Shown piece by piece: positions 10,307-22,043 of a DNA stretch of 64,000 bases (its first letter is position 1; every line of letters begins with the position of its first letter). The notes below the pieces were generated by a model. The model was not told the DNA's origin and ran no database searches. It saw only the letters and a list, made by a program, of their open reading frames with translations. The DNA is from Sedimentisphaerales bacterium (GTDB lineage: Bacteria; Planctomycetota; Phycisphaerae; Sedimentisphaerales; SM23-30): assembly GCA_963666285.1 (NCBI GenBank), contig OY762711.1; one strand, 5' to 3'. Made by a program: the position numbers and the translations under genes.

Positions 10307-10506
10307 TAAGTTTTCCTAAAAACTAAATTGCATTTTTTACAGCAAATTCAGAATACTATTGTTCTTTTAACTTACCAGCATCATACACTAAAACCGGTAC
10401 CAACACTTCTTTCATGCAAATATACTGGTTACGTTTTTTTTACATAACTATGAAAATAAACAAAGACATTGATTCAAAATAGTGTAAAATGGGAAACGGA
10501 TTAAAA

Positions 10507-11301
10507 ATGAAAGAAACAGAAACAAATAAAATAGCATGGGGCAAATTATCAAAAGACCACTATAACCATTATAAAAAGGTACTGCTAAGTGGTAAATTTC
10601 AATTAGATCCCACAATACTTGCTGAAATTGGTGATATTAGCGGCAAAACAGTTTTGCACCTGCAATGTAATACAGGTGCAGACTCAATCATGCTCGCCAG
10701 GATGGGCGCAACTGTCACTGGAGTTGATTTTGTCCCTGACAATATTTTCTATGCTCGTAAATTAGCCGAAGATTGCGGCATCAATAACATACAGTTTATT
10801 GAATCAGACATAATGAAATTAATGGATTTTCACCATGACAAGTATGATATTGTTTTTACCTCTAATGGTGTGCTTATCTGGCTACCTGATAAAAATAAAT
10901 GGGCGGAAACCATAAGGCATACATTAAAAGATGATGGCTTTTTTTATATTCATGACGCTCATCCTTTTTATTACATCTTTGATGAAGTTGAATATCCAAA
11001 AGGTAACTTGATCGCTAAATATCCTTATTTCAGCAATGCACCTGATATGTGTGATACTATTGGCGGATATGCCTGTGAATCAAAAACGGTAAAAACATAT
11101 GAATGGATGTATAAAATTAGCGACATCATCAATTCTTTATCCGCGGCAGGTTTATTTATTGAATATATGCATGAATATGACAGATGTTCGCCCGGCATGG
11201 TGGCCGGCTCTAATGAAACAGATCAAAATGGGTTAGCATATGTTAAGGAATTTGAAAATATAATGCCGGTTGTATTCAGCTTAAAAGCCGTGATTAGATA
11301 A
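10507..11301 (+). CDS. class I SAM-dependent methyltransferase
   Basis: VLHLQCNTGADS...GVDF and YDIVFTS motifs. Confidence 0.88.
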   Translation: MKETETNKIAWGKLSKDHYNHYKKVLLSGKFQLDPTILAEIGDISGKTVLHLQCNTGADSIMLARMGATVTGVDFVPDNIFYARKLAEDCGINNIQFIESDIMKLMDFHHDKYDIVFTSNGVLIWLPDKNKWAETIRHTLKDDGFFYIHDAHPFYYIFDEVEYPKGNLIAKYPYFSNAPDMCDTIGGYACESKTVKTYEWMYKISDIINSLSAAGLFIEYMHEYDRCSPGMVAGSNETDQNGLAYVKEFENIMPVVFSLKAVIR

Positions 11302-11490
11302 TTTTAGCACTCAAACCTTCAAGCTGCAATAGTCACCGAATATGACCATGCGTTACTCATTATATTATAATCAAAGTGTGTTGTGATATAAAGCTTAGTA
11401 AATATAATATAATAATATGTTCACTAAACACGCAAAAGATATACTTCAGTTAAAGCATTGTAATCAGAATTAAATAATGGAACTTATAAC

Positions 11491-12402
11491 ATGAAAAAGT
11501 TTTTTTTGATAAATTGGTTATTGTTCGTTGTCTCATTTACTGGCCTTATGACTGGTGGCTGTGCTCGATATGGAATTTTATGTGATAGTAGTCAAATTAA
11601 ATACGCAAAGACAGCTGAGATTTCAGATGATGCCTCCAAAATAGAATCTCTACATATAAATATAGATTCTGGCTCTATTACTGTCCGTGGGTCAGATACG
11701 GATGAATGCCGGTTACTAGCAACGATAAAAGCACTTTCATTTACCAGCAAAGAAGCCAAAGCGTTAGTTGATGGAACTCAAATAAAGATACTGAATTCTG
11801 GGACACAAATGGAAGTTGAAGTCAAAAAGCCGATAATGCAAAAATTTGATCAACTTGAAGTTTCACTTGAAATTTCAATTCCACACGCAATTTCATCTAA
11901 ACTGCATACATCAAGCGGCAATATAATAGTAACCGGCCTGGACGGTTCAGTTGACTGTAGTACTATAACCGGCTCGATTGAGATCAAAAAAGTGCAAGGA
12001 AATGTCACAGCCAATACTAACAGTGGAAATATTAAGCTGGATGACGTTGAATCGCAGCATATGGAACTAAAGGTAAAGACTGGATCGATAAATGGTGAGG
12101 CTTTGGTGGATGAATTGACAGGAGCAGTAATATCAGGAAACATTTCTATGAAATGTATACCGGGATCAAAGGTTAGCGACGTTTCATTATCCGCTAATAC
12201 AGGCTGCATATGGCTAACACTGCCAAAAGATTATTCTGGCAATATAGATGTATCGACAGATCTTGGTCATATCGATTCAGACTTGCCGCAAGTAACAAAA
12301 AATCCTGACCATAAGAAGCTTAGAGGTATTATTGGAAATGGCAACGGAAAGTTAAAAATAAAGACTATTAATGGGGGAATTACTGTTAAGATGCAAAATT
12401 AG
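11491..12402 (+). CDS. DUF4097-like beta-strand repeat lipoprotein
   Basis: Lipobox TGGC; repeated T-x-SG-x-I units. Confidence 0.85.
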   Translation: MKKFFLINWLLFVVSFTGLMTGGCARYGILCDSSQIKYAKTAEISDDASKIESLHINIDSGSITVRGSDTDECRLLATIKALSFTSKEAKALVDGTQIKILNSGTQMEVEVKKPIMQKFDQLEVSLEISIPHAISSKLHTSSGNIIVTGLDGSVDCSTITGSIEIKKVQGNVTANTNSGNIKLDDVESQHMELKVKTGSINGEALVDELTGAVISGNISMKCIPGSKVSDVSLSANTGCIWLTLPKDYSGNIDVSTDLGHIDSDLPQVTKNPDHKKLRGIIGNGNGKLKIKTINGGITVKMQN

Positions 12403-12520
12403 ACTATCTTAACAGTTACCTATGCACTGAACTCACACTTTAAATTTACACTTTACACTTTCAATGCCGCTCCTCTTTTTTTCATCCTTCATCCTTTATA
12501 CTTCATCCTTCAGGTGCAAA

Positions 12521-13596
12521 CAATATTGATATAAACATTACTTACGCGTAAGCTTTAAAATAAGTTGTGAGCCGTTAGGCGAACACCATAATTCTTCACT
12601 CTTCGTTCTTCACTCTTCACTTATTTTTTGGTCTGCCCAACACAAAAAAATAACAACTTACGACAAATTCCACAAAATCCCCTCCCCACCGCAACTCTTC
12701 CCCAAACACGCCTCGCACTCATTCAAACATCCCCGCACTCATTCAAACATCCCCGCACTCTTCAATTTCTATTCGTTTTTTAACCCATCCTTCACCTAAC
12801 TACTCTCACTTATAAATCAATTAGCCTCGGCGAAGCCGACACCTTCACATCATTGGACTTGTCCAATGATGTGCCAGAGTGCGAAGCACGTAGTTAATAT
12901 ACTGGTTGCTGGTCGCTCGTTGCTGTTTAGCTGCTTATCTGCTCTAATCTCTAACGACCTTCGGTCGTTCGCGTAGCCGTTTAAAATAAGCCGTCCGCGA
13001 AGCCGAAACCTCAACTCTTACCTCTTACCTATGTTCGCGTTCCCGTCCGTATAACGCCGCACCCATTCAACGTATCGCCGTATATTGCCCGCGGCCCGCA
13101 ATTCCCCGCCGTTCAAATCCATTTGCCTTTTCACCGCCATCCCACCGCCGCGCCGCCTCGTTACCTTTCCGCACACCTCCCGTTACCCATGTCCTGAACG
13201 AACCAACCTTCCCTGGCATCTGAAACCTGATCCCTGGCCCCTGATTTTCTCGAAAAAATCACCGCGTTTTTACAACCACCAAATCGCGAAAATCAATAAT
13301 TCCCAAAAATTTTATCCCGTTTACTACAAACACCTTACAATTTTTCGGGCCAACCATCCCGCCCAAAAAATCAGCGCACTTTCGACATACCATCCAATAG
13401 CAGAGAGCCGACAAAAAATGAGTACCAGCAAATATCAGCTCTCGCTAAAACTTAACAACGACGAAAACTTCGTCTTAAATATAAACAACGCTCAATAAAA
13501 ACTGAATATTTGTATCACGCCTCGGCAAATCAGAATGATTTGCCCTCTAGAATTGACAATCTCAATTCGTCTCCGCAAGAGCTTGCCTCGCAGCGG
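12521..13596. repeat. large non-coding modular element, copy A
   Basis: Collinear with 54654-55875; identical or near-identical blocks at 12788-12829, 12837-12895 and 13515-13596. Confidence 0.92.
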
Positions 13597-13617
13597 TCTG
13601 GCAGCAGACCCTGCCTG

Positions 13618-14931
13618 CTATTCAGGGTCAGCGTCAACCAGCATAAACCTTATCTGGGCTTCTGCTGCCAGCTGATCTCCTACCATTGCCTTACATTTAC
13701 AGTCACCGGTACGACTCTTAATACGAACAGCTTCAACTTCCAATATAAGCTGATCGCCCGGCACAACTGCCTTTCGCATTTTCACCTTATCCATACTCAA
13801 TAGAACCGCAAGCTGACCGGTATGCTCCAGACGCTGGGCAAACAAAAGACCGGACATCTGTGCCAGGGCCTCTACAATCAAAACTCCCGGCATAATAGGC
13901 GTACCGGGGAAATGGCCCTGGAAAAACGGCTCGTTCATTGTCACATTCTTTATCCCAACCGCACGTTTATCACCTTCGATTGAGATTACCCTGTCAACCA
14001 TCAGAAACGGATAACGATGCGGAAGTATCTTTTGTATCTTCCTGATATCCAATACCGTATCAGATGACGGCGTCTTTTTTTCCTGCTGTCTCTCGGCAAC
14101 ATCAAGCAGCTCACTTACAAGCTTATGATTGGTGCTGTGCCCGCTGCGATACGCCACAATCCTGCCATGAATAGGCCTGCCAAGCAGCATAATATCACCC
14201 AACAGATCTGCAATCTTATGTCGTACACATTCATCCTGGAAACGAAACTCATTATCCATCGGACCTTCCGGGCCAATTACCAGAACATCTTTACCGGTAA
14301 GATGCGAGCCTATCCCTTGTTTACTGAAATGCTCGGCCTCTTTCTGAAGAATAAATGTTCGTGCCGGTGATATCTGGCTGATAAAGTTTTCCTGGGAATG
14401 ATGGTATCGATACAGCTGGCGACCTATTAGCGGCTCACTTTCAGAATAGTCCAGTTCGTAAATAACGGTCAGCTCGTCACTCTTGTCAGGTAATGCATAC
14501 AAAACAGCGTCACCTTCTCTAACCGTAATTGGCTCGGTGATAACGAAAGGCTGCACTTTCTTTACCTGCTCAACAATACCGGCTTCAAGGAAAGCCTCGG
14601 TAAATGGATGACAGCTGCCGTCAATATTAGGCATCTCGACATTATCGATCTCGACTATCAGGTTAGTTATGCCTAACGCATTTACTGCCCCCATAAAATG
14701 TTCGATAGTTTCGATATAAGCATCACCAACACAAAGTGCCGTACGACGCATACGCTGCGTAACCCTATCAATATTCAACGGAATAGATACCGGAGGGTCA
14801 AGGTCAACACGAATAAACTCTATGCCGTGATCTACATCTGCCGGCTTCATCTTAAGAGTAACGTCATTGCCGGAAAATAATCCTCTATCCGCAACAACAG
14901 CCTCTTTTGCAATTGTCTTCTGGTTGTTCAA
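13618..14931 (-). CDS. lpxC: bifunctional UDP-3-O-acyl-GlcNAc deacetylase / 3-hydroxyacyl-ACP dehydratase (LpxC-FabZ)
   Basis: QKTI, TIEH, ARTF and RHKIADLLGD (LpxC); LPHRYPFL and GHFPGTPIMPGVL (FabZ); likely TTG start at 14931. Confidence 0.95.
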   Translation of the reverse strand: MNNQKTIAKEAVVADRGLFSGNDVTLKMKPADVDHGIEFIRVDLDPPVSIPLNIDRVTQRMRRTALCVGDAYIETIEHFMGAVNALGITNLIVEIDNVEMPNIDGSCHPFTEAFLEAGIVEQVKKVQPFVITEPITVREGDAVLYALPDKSDELTVIYELDYSESEPLIGRQLYRYHHSQENFISQISPARTFILQKEAEHFSKQGIGSHLTGKDVLVIGPEGPMDNEFRFQDECVRHKIADLLGDIMLLGRPIHGRIVAYRSGHSTNHKLVSELLDVAERQQEKKTPSSDTVLDIRKIQKILPHRYPFLMVDRVISIEGDKRAVGIKNVTMNEPFFQGHFPGTPIMPGVLIVEALAQMSGLLFAQRLEHTGQLAVLLSMDKVKMRKAVVPGDQLILEVEAVRIKSRTGDCKCKAMVGDQLAAEAQIRFMLVDADPE

Positions 14932-14955
14932 TACACAAATCTCTCTAAAAAGCAA

Positions 14956-15966
14956 TTAATCAATTTGCTTCAATACTTTATTCACTTTCTTAGCCATATC
15001 AGGCAGCTTCTTTATTACTGCTATCTGACGCATGACATCACTAAAATTCTGAACAGGGTTACCAATTACCTTGCTGCCGGCTGCCACAACCTGCCCCTGC
15101 ATAATTCCAGACTTGGGGCCTACCATGACCCTATCTTCAACCACGGCATGGTCACCCATACCTACCTGACCGGCCAGGACAACATAGCTCCCTATATGGC
15201 AACTGCCGGCAATTCCAACCTGGCTAACTATTATGCTATTTGCTCCGATTTTTACATTATGAGCAATCTGCACCAGATTATCAATCTTTGTACCTGTTCC
15301 AATTACTGTACTGCCAAATTTGGCGCGATCTATACAAACATTTGCACCAATCTCGACATCATCTTCGATTACTACATTCCCAATATGGGGAATATGCTTA
15401 TGTTTGCCATCTACCATACGGTAGCCAAAACCATCGGTACCTATCGATGTATTACTGTTTATATCTACTTTATCGCCAATAACGCAGCAGTGGTTTACTA
15501 CAACGTTGGGCCAAATCCGACAATTTGAGCCGATTTTCACCTTTTGGCCGATATAGCTGCCGGCACCAATGGTTGTATTATCACCAATTTCAACACCTTT
15601 TTCAATAACTGCCGATGGGCCTACAATTACATTTTTACCAAGTTTAGCAGATGGTGCAACCGCGGCTGTTGGATGATGTTGAAAATCCGGCCCTTCAAGT
15701 TCAGGGGCAAACATCTGCAGCAAAATATCTACTGCTTCATCAACATTATCAACATAAAGCAGTACAACTCCTTCGACAGAATCAGTACCTTTGGGCACTA
15801 TCGCTGCTGATGCTTTTGTTGCCACAAGTTTTGATGAGTATGACTTGTCAGTCAAAAAAGATATCTCTCCATTAACTGCATCATCCAGCGAATTGATTGC
15901 CGTTATCTCAACACTGCCATCTGCTGCTGTACAGCCCAGCTTATCAGCTATTTCCTGTAATTTCAT
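14956..15966 (-). CDS. lpxD: UDP-3-O-(3-hydroxyacyl)glucosamine N-acyltransferase
   Basis: Hexapeptide repeats, [19 protein letters not shown]. Confidence 0.95.
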   Translation of the reverse strand: MKLQEIADKLGCTAADGSVEITAINSLDDAVNGEISFLTDKSYSSKLVATKASAAIVPKGTDSVEGVVLLYVDNVDEAVDILLQMFAPELEGPDFQHHPTAAVAPSAKLGKNVIVGPSAVIEKGVEIGDNTTIGAGSYIGQKVKIGSNCRIWPNVVVNHCCVIGDKVDINSNTSIGTDGFGYRMVDGKHKHIPHIGNVVIEDDVEIGANVCIDRAKFGSTVIGTGTKIDNLVQIAHNVKIGANSIIVSQVGIAGSCHIGSYVVLAGQVGMGDHAVVEDRVMVGPKSGIMQGQVVAAGSKVIGNPVQNFSDVMRQIAVIKKLPDMAKKVNKVLKQID

Positions 15967-16057
15967 ATTATCTCTTAATAAATCTATTGCGTCGGCCTTT
16001 AAAATAAGGTCACGCAGTGACACCGTAACTTTTCACTTTTAGTTATTAGTTTTTTAC

Positions 16058-16654
16058 TTACTTAGCTGCATCCATCTTCTCAATTACCATGCCGGTAATA
16101 TCAAGAGTTGGGGCATTATAGATCACCTGACGTTCACGAATAACCGCAAATAGCTCCTGGATATTACGAGTATTGGAAAGATCGGTATCGTCTTTATTAA
16201 CAACTAATGTAAGGTTATTTTCACGTGCAACCTGAGCAGTTGCAATAGTAAGTTTTCCGTATAGTGCTTCTGTCCATGCACGAGTTTCAATAGAAAGTGT
16301 CTGCTGCTCGTATTCCTTTAACGCTTCCAGACGAGCCTTCTTATCAAACCAGGTTTTCAGCTTTTCTGAATATTCTTTGCTGCCCGGCTCATAAACATTT
16401 TTCAGTTCTTCATCGATCGCGTCAGCTTCTTCTTTGATCCTGCCCATCTCTGCTCGAGCTTCAGTGCCGCGTTTTTCTGTCTCTTTCTGACGGTCGAGGT
16501 ATTCCTGGCATTCAGTAAGAGCCTTGGTAACATTGACAACCGCTATCTTTCCCGATGATACCTTAGCAACATCCTGGGCATCTGTTGAACGTAAAGATAT
16601 AAATAAACCGGCAATAACTACCAAAGCAACAGCCAACATAGCATTATTTTTCAT
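16058..16654 (-). CDS. skp: OmpH/Skp periplasmic chaperone
   Basis: Signal peptide, KIAVVN, coiled coil, DITGMVI; position upstream of lpxD. Confidence 0.88.
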   Translation of the reverse strand: MKNNAMLAVALVVIAGLFISLRSTDAQDVAKVSSGKIAVVNVTKALTECQEYLDRQKETEKRGTEARAEMGRIKEEADAIDEELKNVYEPGSKEYSEKLKTWFDKKARLEALKEYEQQTLSIETRAWTEALYGKLTIATAQVARENNLTLVVNKDDTDLSNTRNIQELFAVIRERQVIYNAPTLDITGMVIEKMDAAK

Positions 16655-17062
16655 AATGAGTCCTTTCAGTTTGTATTATCCATAGTAGCAGCTTCAAAAT
16701 ACTACAGATGTAAATTGATTTTTCCTAAACGTTTTTGCACCCTACAATTATAGTCAATATACGAGCAATAACAACCCAAAATCAGGTAATTTGGTACAAC
16801 CTTAACACCATTAATATGCTCTTTTTTACTGGCTAATTGGCCACATATCGGCATCCACAAAGCATCCAGACAAATTAATAACTTGAAATTGATATTTAAA
16901 TCACTATATTATGGTGCGGGTGTGTTCTGGCTCTGCCAGATAACATCCCCTACCGTATTTGTAATTATTCGTAACAGAGAATACCTGGTACGACCATAAT
17001 AAGCCAATTTGGGGCAAATTATTATTTCGGATTACCAGGAACTCGCACGCTTTGCGTGTTAA

Positions 17063-18379
<1,317 letters not shown>

Positions 18380-18409
18380 TCGCACGATTACATTCCACCC
18401 AAAAACCTC

Positions 18410-18445
18410 AAAAGGCGCGACCAATTATGGCTCACGCCTTTTTTG
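18410..18445 (+). terminator. rho-independent terminator of eno
   Basis: AAAAGGCG...CGCCTTTTTT. Confidence 0.8.
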
Positions 18446-18528
18446 TTGCATTCTCACATCTAACTACGTAGAATGAAATAAGTTAGCTTTTGAGTAAAAA
18501 TTGAAACCGTCAAGAAAGGGTGTTTAAA

Positions 18529-19221
18529 ATGAAAAAGGCAATTGGTCTTCTAACTCTATTGATTCTATGCAATTGCGCATGTTTTACTTATGCTGATACT
18601 ATCTCTGTCCTCCTGCCTCAGTTCAGTGATAAAACCGGCCCGGTTACTGAAGATATCGACTTGGAAACGGTTTTTACAGATATTGAATGGGTTTCAATGA
18701 AGATATCAGGCTATGCAACTCCTGGCTATGGCCAAGGTGACGGTGTTGAAAGACCATTCTGGGAAACTTATACAATCCCTGCTGAAATCGAAGCTTACAT
18801 GAGTTATCCTGATCTCGGATATTTTCTGGCAAAGTCTGATGAAGTTAATGGGACATTCGAAGTTGAGATCGTGTTTAATAAAAAATATTATGCCAATTGG
18901 AACGTTCTATTTGATGGAATACATGACCTTTCTCTATATACCAGCTCTATATCAGTTATTGGAGGAAATACAATACAGCAGCCATCAATAACCTTTTATA
19001 ATGTCACTATGTCTGTTGGCGGCACAATAGACTCTTCAGTTCATGAGATTATCTCAGACGAAGACAGAATCTATATACAGGAACTGACCGAGCTCGTTAG
19101 TAACTGGCTGCAGGAAGGTTCTGCACCAAACCTTGACGGAGACCTCAACCTGGACGGTAAAGTTGACATGACAGATTTCGCTATGCTCGCTGATACCTGG
19201 CTTAACGAAACAACAGAATAA
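18529..19221 (+). CDS. secreted protein with C-terminal dockerin-like EF-hand motif
   Basis: Signal peptide; GDLNLDGKVDMTDFAMLADTWL. Confidence 0.8.
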   Translation: MKKAIGLLTLLILCNCACFTYADTISVLLPQFSDKTGPVTEDIDLETVFTDIEWVSMKISGYATPGYGQGDGVERPFWETYTIPAEIEAYMSYPDLGYFLAKSDEVNGTFEVEIVFNKKYYANWNVLFDGIHDLSLYTSSISVIGGNTIQQPSITFYNVTMSVGGTIDSSVHEIISDEDRIYIQELTELVSNWLQEGSAPNLDGDLNLDGKVDMTDFAMLADTWLNETTE

Positions 19222-19283
19222 ACATAAATACAGAACATTAGTTCATACACGCAAACTTCGTTATCCCAAAAATTTTCGATCAT

Positions 19284-20354
19284 ATGAATACATCTAACCA
19301 CCAGCACCTGAAAATAAAACATTTCCGCATGTGGGGCATCTTTTTAATTCCGCAGTTTTTTATGGCATTAAAGATACTCTTCTATCGCATTCAATCTCTT
19401 GCTGCAAGAGGTTTTGACATTTCCCTACCCGGCTATATCTCCGATTTGCCGCTTCAGCTTATAACCATATTCATTACAATATACTTCCTGTTCTGGGGCC
19501 GAAAAGCCGCCAATATTTTGCAGTATTTTATGAACCAATGGCAGCCTGAATATCGAACAGATTTAGCCGCTTACGCGATCAGAATGCTGGGACTGATTTT
19601 CCTGCTTAAACTTATTAAAGATGTTTCTGCTCTATTTATTGCAATCCTGTATGGTTTCAAATCCGATATTTCTTTGTTTAATTCAATACCAGTACCAATT
19701 GCCGTAGTTTCCATAATAACGTTTTCAATACAAATATTATTAACATGGTATCTACTATATAAAGGTAATTTCTTATTTAACATCGTACATCGCCCAGGCA
19801 TAGAAATAAAAGATACCTGCCTGAAAGCTATACACTGTTGGGGGCTGTTTCTACTGCCAAGATTCCTGTATTCAGCTACTGGTTTTATTGCATTTGCGTT
19901 TTACAACCCTTCCCCGGATGCTTACATCTCTCAGAAACAAAAAATCACTTTCCTGATGCAGCATCTCAACTACATATATGTATTCACTATCACAATTTAC
20001 CTGCTTCTTTTCGGCAGGCAAGCTGCAATATTACTGGGATTTTTCATGAATAAATGGCAATCTCAGCATACAAGCGAAACTGCTGCATTTTTCATCCGCA
20101 TCCTGGGTATGCACCTGCTGCTCCAGCAACTCGAATCAATAGTAAGATTATTCCAGAACATCACAACCCGGCACCAATGGCATGAATTCAAAGATGCATA
20201 CAATCTGCCGGGCATCCTCAACCTTACTTCCCTGCCGCAAATTTTAACCATAGCTGCCTGGCTTGCTGTCACCTGGTACCTGCTCTACCGCGGACGGTTC
20301 CTACTCAACTTCATCAACAGACCAGCCCATAATCCGCAATATCCTGATCTGTAA
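19284..20354 (+). CDS. polytopic membrane protein with internal duplication
   Basis: About 8 hydrophobic segments; two homologous halves. Confidence 0.7.
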   Translation: MNTSNHQHLKIKHFRMWGIFLIPQFFMALKILFYRIQSLAARGFDISLPGYISDLPLQLITIFITIYFLFWGRKAANILQYFMNQWQPEYRTDLAAYAIRMLGLIFLLKLIKDVSALFIAILYGFKSDISLFNSIPVPIAVVSIITFSIQILLTWYLLYKGNFLFNIVHRPGIEIKDTCLKAIHCWGLFLLPRFLYSATGFIAFAFYNPSPDAYISQKQKITFLMQHLNYIYVFTITIYLLLFGRQAAILLGFFMNKWQSQHTSETAAFFIRILGMHLLLQQLESIVRLFQNITTRHQWHEFKDAYNLPGILNLTSLPQILTIAAWLAVTWYLLYRGRFLLNFINRPAHNPQYPDL

Positions 20355-20415
20355 AACCAATCATCAGGCATATAAAAAAGCGTGATCAAGTACTGACCAC
20401 GCTTCATATATAATT

Positions 20416-21858
20416 TTATTCCTGCCTGTTATTCTCTGGCAAATGGCCGGTATCTTTCGGCATCTTAGCATTCCACACCAAAAGCATACCTTTCAGCCGT
20501 TTGACAATATCAGGATTTTTATCGGCCAGGTTTTTCGTCTCACTGCGGTCATTGTCAAGATCATATAGCTGTACTTTAGAACCGTCATATTCACAGAGCA
20601 GCTTCCATTTACCGTCTCGAACAGACAAGTCCGGCAGATTTTTTACCCCGGAATCTGAATTCCTGTCCGGAGGCCTGCGGAAAAATATCGGGGCCTGCCT
20701 GCTCTTCTCAGACTTACCTAGCAATGTACTTGCCAGGTTCTCACCGTCAAAATCAGCCTTTGGTAAAGCTGCAGTACCGGTAATATCCAATATCGAAGGC
20801 ACCAAATCTATCGCACTGAAAATGGACTTGGTATTTACCTTACCGGCCTTGCTCTTTTCTAAAAGGCCCGGCCCCCATGCTATCAGCGAAGATCGCACTC
20901 CGCCTTCATAAAGCATTACCTTACCACCCCTGAAAGGCCCGGCCGAACCTGCACCATGTTCCGGGCCATTATCAGAGCATATCAGGATAAGAGTATTATT
21001 TGCCAGTTTAGGATCATCTTTAACCTTGCTGAATAATCTACCAAACTGCTGGTCCATCTCTTCCAGTACACCGAGGTATATCTCGCGTTTATTTCTTGAC
21101 CATCTATCAACCGAAGGGAAATACGGGCTATGTACATCATCCGGCCAAACGTTAATATAGAATGGCTTATCTGCTGTCTTTGCCTTATCGATAAATTCAA
21201 CCGCCCTATCGACAAAACCACTGGTAATCTTCGAACGTAGCATCCAGGTATGCGGGCCGCCCAGCCTTTCGGCATCGCCCCAGATACGACCCTTCTTGAC
21301 TCCGCCCTGCCCGTCTGGAACTTCCGTCAGCGGCAGAAGTTTAGGGCCCATACCCTCAAAATTAGTCAGCGATTCATCAAAACCATATTCTGTTATCGCA
21401 GGAGCATTATCAACATCACGCTGACCGCCCATATGCCATTTGCCGAAATGACCGGTCATATACCCATTATTATGTAGGCATTTCGCCAGGGTAACCACCT
21501 CCGGGTCCAGCCAGTTAGCTATACCACGCTGCTTATTCAGCTCACGACGTGCCAGGTATGAACCTATACGGTATCGCTGAGGATAACAACCGGTTGTAAT
21601 CGCAGTTCGTGACGGCGAACAGATCGGAGAATTAACATAAAACTGCTCGAACCTTATCCCCTGGGACGCCATTTTATCAATATTCGGCGTGGAGGCATCG
21701 GTATTGCCAAAACAGGAGAAATCTCCCCAACCCATGTCATCTACAAACACAAGAAGCACATTTGGCTTATCTGCGGCATACAAAACGGGGGAAAAAATAC
21801 CGGCAAAAAATAAAAATACAAAAATTAACAATAATCTTCTACAGGCTGCATTGTTCAT
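20416..21858 (-). CDS. S1 family (formylglycine-dependent) sulfatase
   Basis: PNVLLVFVDDMG, CSPSR, GKWHMG and SDNG motifs. Confidence 0.95.
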   Translation of the reverse strand: MNNAACRRLLLIFVFLFFAGIFSPVLYAADKPNVLLVFVDDMGWGDFSCFGNTDASTPNIDKMASQGIRFEQFYVNSPICSPSRTAITTGCYPQRYRIGSYLARRELNKQRGIANWLDPEVVTLAKCLHNNGYMTGHFGKWHMGGQRDVDNAPAITEYGFDESLTNFEGMGPKLLPLTEVPDGQGGVKKGRIWGDAERLGGPHTWMLRSKITSGFVDRAVEFIDKAKTADKPFYINVWPDDVHSPYFPSVDRWSRNKREIYLGVLEEMDQQFGRLFSKVKDDPKLANNTLILICSDNGPEHGAGSAGPFRGGKVMLYEGGVRSSLIAWGPGLLEKSKAGKVNTKSIFSAIDLVPSILDITGTAALPKADFDGENLASTLLGKSEKSRQAPIFFRRPPDRNSDSGVKNLPDLSVRDGKWKLLCEYDGSKVQLYDLDNDRSETKNLADKNPDIVKRLKGMLLVWNAKMPKDTGHLPENNRQE

Positions 21859-22043
21859 GATAATACTCCTAAAACAATGTAAAAAACAATACTTACAGTT
21901 CAATACTTTTTTTATTATAACAATTTTCCACATCTTTTCCAGTGCCTATATTTCTTAAACTGACCGATCAGAATCTGCATATTTTTATCTTTTTCATTGT
22001 TGAATAGCATAAATTATTATATAGTTCTATTTACTAATACTTC

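Noticed and set aside
12714..12760. 20-bp direct repeat CGCACTCATTCAAACATCCC as a possible CRISPR
   Set aside because: Contiguous tandem duplication without spacers; no cas genes.
13100..13400. RNase P-like words (GAAAGTGC, GGTGAAA, GGTAAC) on the minus strand
   Set aside because: The universal GAGGAAAGTCC motif is absent, and there are two divergent copies.
13418..13498. 26-codon ORF in both element copies containing NNDENF, resembling the tmRNA tag ANDENY
   Set aside because: No tRNA-like ends, no terminal Ala-Ala, and differences between copies are mostly non-synonymous; the motif coincides with the GACGAA/TTCGTC hairpin.
13085..13498. ORFs 13085..13498(+) and 55538..55807(-) within the large element
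   Set aside because: Not preserved as the same ORF in the other copy; no protein-like motifs.
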